NCBI GenBank assembly: GCA_021108075.1
Contig: JAIORP010000171.1
Location: 4,041-68,040, forward strand
Length of the DNA stretch: 64,000 nucleotides
DNA from: Candidatus Omnitrophota bacterium
GTDB lineage: Bacteria; Omnitrophota; Gorgyraeia; Zapsychrales; Zapsychraceae
Direction of reading: 5' to 3'
In this document: piece after piece, positions 61,729 to 64,000 of the stretch
Layout of the letters: the number at the start of each line of letters is the position of its first letter
Position numbering within the stretch: position 1 is the stretch's first letter
The notes under the pieces: model-generated
Database searches by the model: none
Told to the model about the DNA's origin: nothing
Seen by the model: the letters and a program-made list of their open reading frames with translations, nothing else
Translations under genes and position numbers: made by a program

Positions 61729-62096
61729 GATATCAAATAGTTTTTACTCCTATTTAAAAAATAGGGCAAAACATAAAACATTCCGCTTTTTTGTTTAATC
61801 GAAGAAATATCAGAAAAAAATTTTCAGAAAAGAACCTCTCCGCGACAACTTGCAGAGCAACAAAATGGATTTATGAATATTTTTGCATAAGGTTCATTCC
61901 TGGGGCGGCGTCCTCGCTGAAACAGCAAGATTTTACAAATGATTACCCCTCGTCAGGATCCTGCAACGACTCTTTGAATACGTACTACGAACCCCTACCT
62001 GCCGGCAGGGTATCTCCGGTTTGATCTCACTTAAATCGCAAAGAATATCACCGAAGAAATAAAAAAATATGATTGAACTCGCGCCAGACACAAAAT

Positions 62097-63644
62097 TTAT
62101 GTCTTGGCGCTCACCCCAATTTTCATTTGTTCGATATCGATCTTGATAACTTTCACCTTCATTTTATCGCCGGGCTTTAAAGCAGCTGCCTTTTCTTTCT
62201 CAATCTCAGAAGAATAAACCAAAGCCTCAACATCCTCCTCTAATTTAACAAAGACACCAAAATTAGAATTCAAGACAACTTCAGCCTCAACTTCTGTTCC
62301 GACAGGATACTTTTTAGCGATTTCTGGCCAGGGATTCTCGATCAATTGCTTCAAACCCAAATTTATTTTTCGGTTCTCGGGATCTAAAGCCAAAACAACA
62401 ACCTTGACTTCTTGCCCTTTTTCCAGGACATCTTGCGGATGATTAATCTTTTTGGTCCATGACATGTCTGAAATATGAATCATCCCTTCCAACCCGGAGT
62501 CCAGTTCAACAAACGCGCCATAGTCGGTAAAACCACGGACTTTACCTGTAACTTGAATATTGACAGGATATTTTGCCTCAGCTTCAAGCCAGGGATTGCG
62601 TTCCAGTTGTTTCATGCTTAAAGAAATTCGCTTAGAATCTTTGTCGACATTAATAACTTGAACATGAACTTCGTCACCGACATTAAACATTTCCTGGGGA
62701 TTAACGAGTTTTTTCTGCCAGGTAATCTCTGAGGAGTGCAATAGCCCTTCAATCCCTTTTTCAATCTCAACGAAAACACCGTAAGGCATAACATTAACAA
62801 CGTTCCCTTTAATCTGAGCGCCTGTCGGGTATTTATCATAAATGTCGGCCCAGGGGTTATCGATAATTTGTTTTAAACCTAAAGAAACTTTTGAGTTCTC
62901 TTTGTCAAAATCTAAAATCAACACATCAATTTTGTCCCCAACGTTGACAATTTCTGAAGGGTGATTGATTCTGGTCCAGCTCATATCAGTAATGTGTAAC
63001 AGCCCGTCAACGCCGCCTAAATCAATAAACGCACCGAAATCCGTGATACCCTTCACAGCTCCTCGACGCTTTTGGCCCTTATCTAATTCAGCCCACAACT
63101 TATCACGCATTGTTTCCCGTTCTTTCTGGACAACTTCCCGTCGAGATAGGATCAAATTGCGGCGCAGCTTATTCATTTTAGCAATTTGGAAAGAAAATTT
63201 ATTAGCGATGATATCCTGCGGCGGAACGCCTTTGAACGCTGATAATGACATCGGTAAAAACGCCTCGATGCCTTCAACGTCAACGATAAAACCGCCTTTA
63301 ACTTGCTTAAGAACGGTTCCATCGACGATATCACCTTCATTAATCGAATCACCCAGTTTCATCCAGCCCTTTAATTTCTCAGCTTTAGCGTGTGATAAAA
63401 CTAAATGTCCGTCTTCATCTTCAACAGACTCGACTAGAACATCAATTTCTCGACCTAATTCGATCGTGTCTAAAGACCGAAACTCTTCAATCGAGATAAA
63501 ACCTTCGGATTTGAAACCAATGTCGACAACGACTTCTTTGTCGTTTGACGCGACGATTGTTCCTCGTACAATCTCTCCTTCCTTGATTTCACGGAAAGTA
63601 CTTCCGTAAAGTTCTTCCATCAATGCTTGATTGTCTTGATCCAT
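62097..63644 (-). CDS. rpsA: 30S ribosomal protein S1
   Basis: 515 aa with repeated S1 domains. Confidence 0.95.
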   Translation of the reverse strand: MDQDNQALMEELYGSTFREIKEGEIVRGTIVASNDKEVVVDIGFKSEGFISIEEFRSLDTIELGREIDVLVESVEDEDGHLVLSHAKAEKLKGWMKLGDSINEGDIVDGTVLKQVKGGFIVDVEGIEAFLPMSLSAFKGVPPQDIIANKFSFQIAKMNKLRRNLILSRREVVQKERETMRDKLWAELDKGQKRRGAVKGITDFGAFIDLGGVDGLLHITDMSWTRINHPSEIVNVGDKIDVLILDFDKENSKVSLGLKQIIDNPWADIYDKYPTGAQIKGNVVNVMPYGVFVEIEKGIEGLLHSSEITWQKKLVNPQEMFNVGDEVHVQVINVDKDSKRISLSMKQLERNPWLEAEAKYPVNIQVTGKVRGFTDYGAFVELDSGLEGMIHISDMSWTKKINHPQDVLEKGQEVKVVVLALDPENRKINLGLKQLIENPWPEIAKKYPVGTEVEAEVVLNSNFGVFVKLEEDVEALVYSSEIEKEKAAALKPGDKMKVKVIKIDIEQMKIGVSAKT

Positions 63645-63720
63645 ATTGTTATTTACCTCATTCCTTTTATTTTTTTATATAATACAAAAGCATTATATAT
63701 TCTATTTTCTGAAGTACACA

Positions 63721-63803
63721 ATTATCGCAAAATTTATAAATTTGTCAATTAAAATATATCTTGCCCTGAGAACTATTATAACCATGCCATTTCAGCTGTA
63801 AAA
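63721..63803 (-). promoter_or_regulatory. Two tandem candidate sigma70 promoters for rpsA: proximal TTGACA-N16-GATAAT (63721-63748) and distal TTTACA-N17-TATAAT (63775-63803)
   Basis: Read on the minus strand. GAGGT Shine-Dalgarno 8 nt upstream of the rpsA ATG. The distal -35 abuts the plsC-like stop. Confidence 0.4.
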
Positions 63804-63805
63804 AC

Positions 63806-64000
63806 TTACAAATTTGCTTCCTTCAACGCATAAATATTTTGCATAATTCTTTCCGCTTTATGCTGGTAATCTTTTCCTTTAGCAAAAAATATCGGCTTCC
63901 CATAAGAAACTTTTATCAAATGCCGTCTCAAACTTTTTGAGCCCGGCGGCAACACCTTTTCCGATCCTGACACATACACAGGAATGACCGGCACCCCGCT
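63806..64000 (-). CDS. 1-acyl-sn-glycerol-3-phosphate acyltransferase-like (PlsC family), C-terminal part only; the 5' end lies beyond the window
   Basis: C-terminal segment ...PVIPVYVSGSEKVLPPGS... typical of LPLAT acyltransferases. Truncated by the window edge. Confidence 0.6.
   Translation of the reverse strand, partial: SGVPVIPVYVSGSEKVLPPGSKSLRRHLIKVSYGKPIFFAKGKDYQHKAERIMQNIYALKEANL

Noticed and set aside
61791-62024. Plus-strand 77-aa ORF in the rpsA-tyrS spacer
   Set aside because: TTG start, no RBS, and it is antisense to the direction of the whole array. More likely a chance frame in a non-coding leader.
61729-62096. T-box riboswitch upstream of tyrS
   Set aside because: The conserved T-box sequence (AATTAGGGTGGTACCGCG-like) and a clear specifier/terminator arrangement were not found on the transcribed strand.
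62965-63609. Plus-strand 214-aa ORF antisense to rpsA. The same reasoning covers many other antisense or alternative-frame ORFs inside rpoB, rpoC, fusA, secY and accC (for example 50000..50473, 54084..54386, 35276..35605, 17157..17387)
   Set aside because: They lie entirely inside strongly supported conserved genes on the other strand or frame. Ser/Pro/Arg-rich composition is typical of antisense translation.
1-64000. CRISPR arrays, rRNA genes, IS elements or transposases
   Set aside because: No spacer-repeat periodicity, rRNA-like conserved blocks or transposase-like ORFs were seen anywhere in the window.

Overview
This 64-kb window comes from an AT-rich bacterium that looks diderm: it carries lpxL-like, tonB-like, ADP-heptose and pilT genes. 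Almost every gene is on the minus strand.

The right half (29.9-64 kb) is one co-directional, tightly packed translation and transcription array: plsC' (partial), rpsA, tyrS, tRNA-Thr, rpmG, tRNA-Trp, secE, nusG, rplK-A-J-L, rpoB, rpoC, rpsL, rpsG, fusA, tuf, the S10 operon, the spc operon (S14 is type Z; there is no L30), secY, adk, map, infA, rpmJ, rpsM, rpsK, rpsD, rpoA and rplQ. Several r-proteins carry low-complexity extensions (L17 C-terminal tail, S5 N-terminal extension, L7/L12), and RpoA has a poly-Glu linker.

The middle (12-30 kb) holds metabolic and envelope genes: aspartate aminotransferase, pilT, icd, lipB plus a stand-alone lipoyl-domain protein, a glycolipid GT / lpxL-like / GT2 cluster, tonB-like, Trm112-like, aroQ, pepP, efp, accBC, an Asp23/AmaP-like pair, a PPi-type pfk-gmhA-rfaE(II) module, an unknown ORF overlapping thiE, thiE, a terminator, tRNA-Gly(CCC) and a LysM-M23 peptidase.

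The region 7-12 kb is a tightly coupled five-gene operon: an ATPase_2/DUF234-type ATPase, a YfcE-like metallophosphoesterase, a HIT hydrolase, a dGTPase-like HD hydrolase and a GAF-HD-GYP phosphodiesterase. I think this is the best candidate for an uncharacterised nucleotide-handling system.

The left end contains aroB, an M50 protease, an SH3b / small basic / SPOR trio, a plus-strand ExeA/MshM-like ATPase with a membrane partner, an ~0.9-kb gene-free region with tandem 10-11 bp direct repeats and DnaA-box-like motifs, and radC followed by the N-terminal part of an HsdM-like DNA methyltransferase truncated by the window edge. That arrangement suggests the left edge enters an R-M / defence island.

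I found no rRNA, CRISPR array or obvious transposase. The ORF track uses TTG/GTG as well as ATG starts. Where I moved a start I anchored it to the track coordinates.
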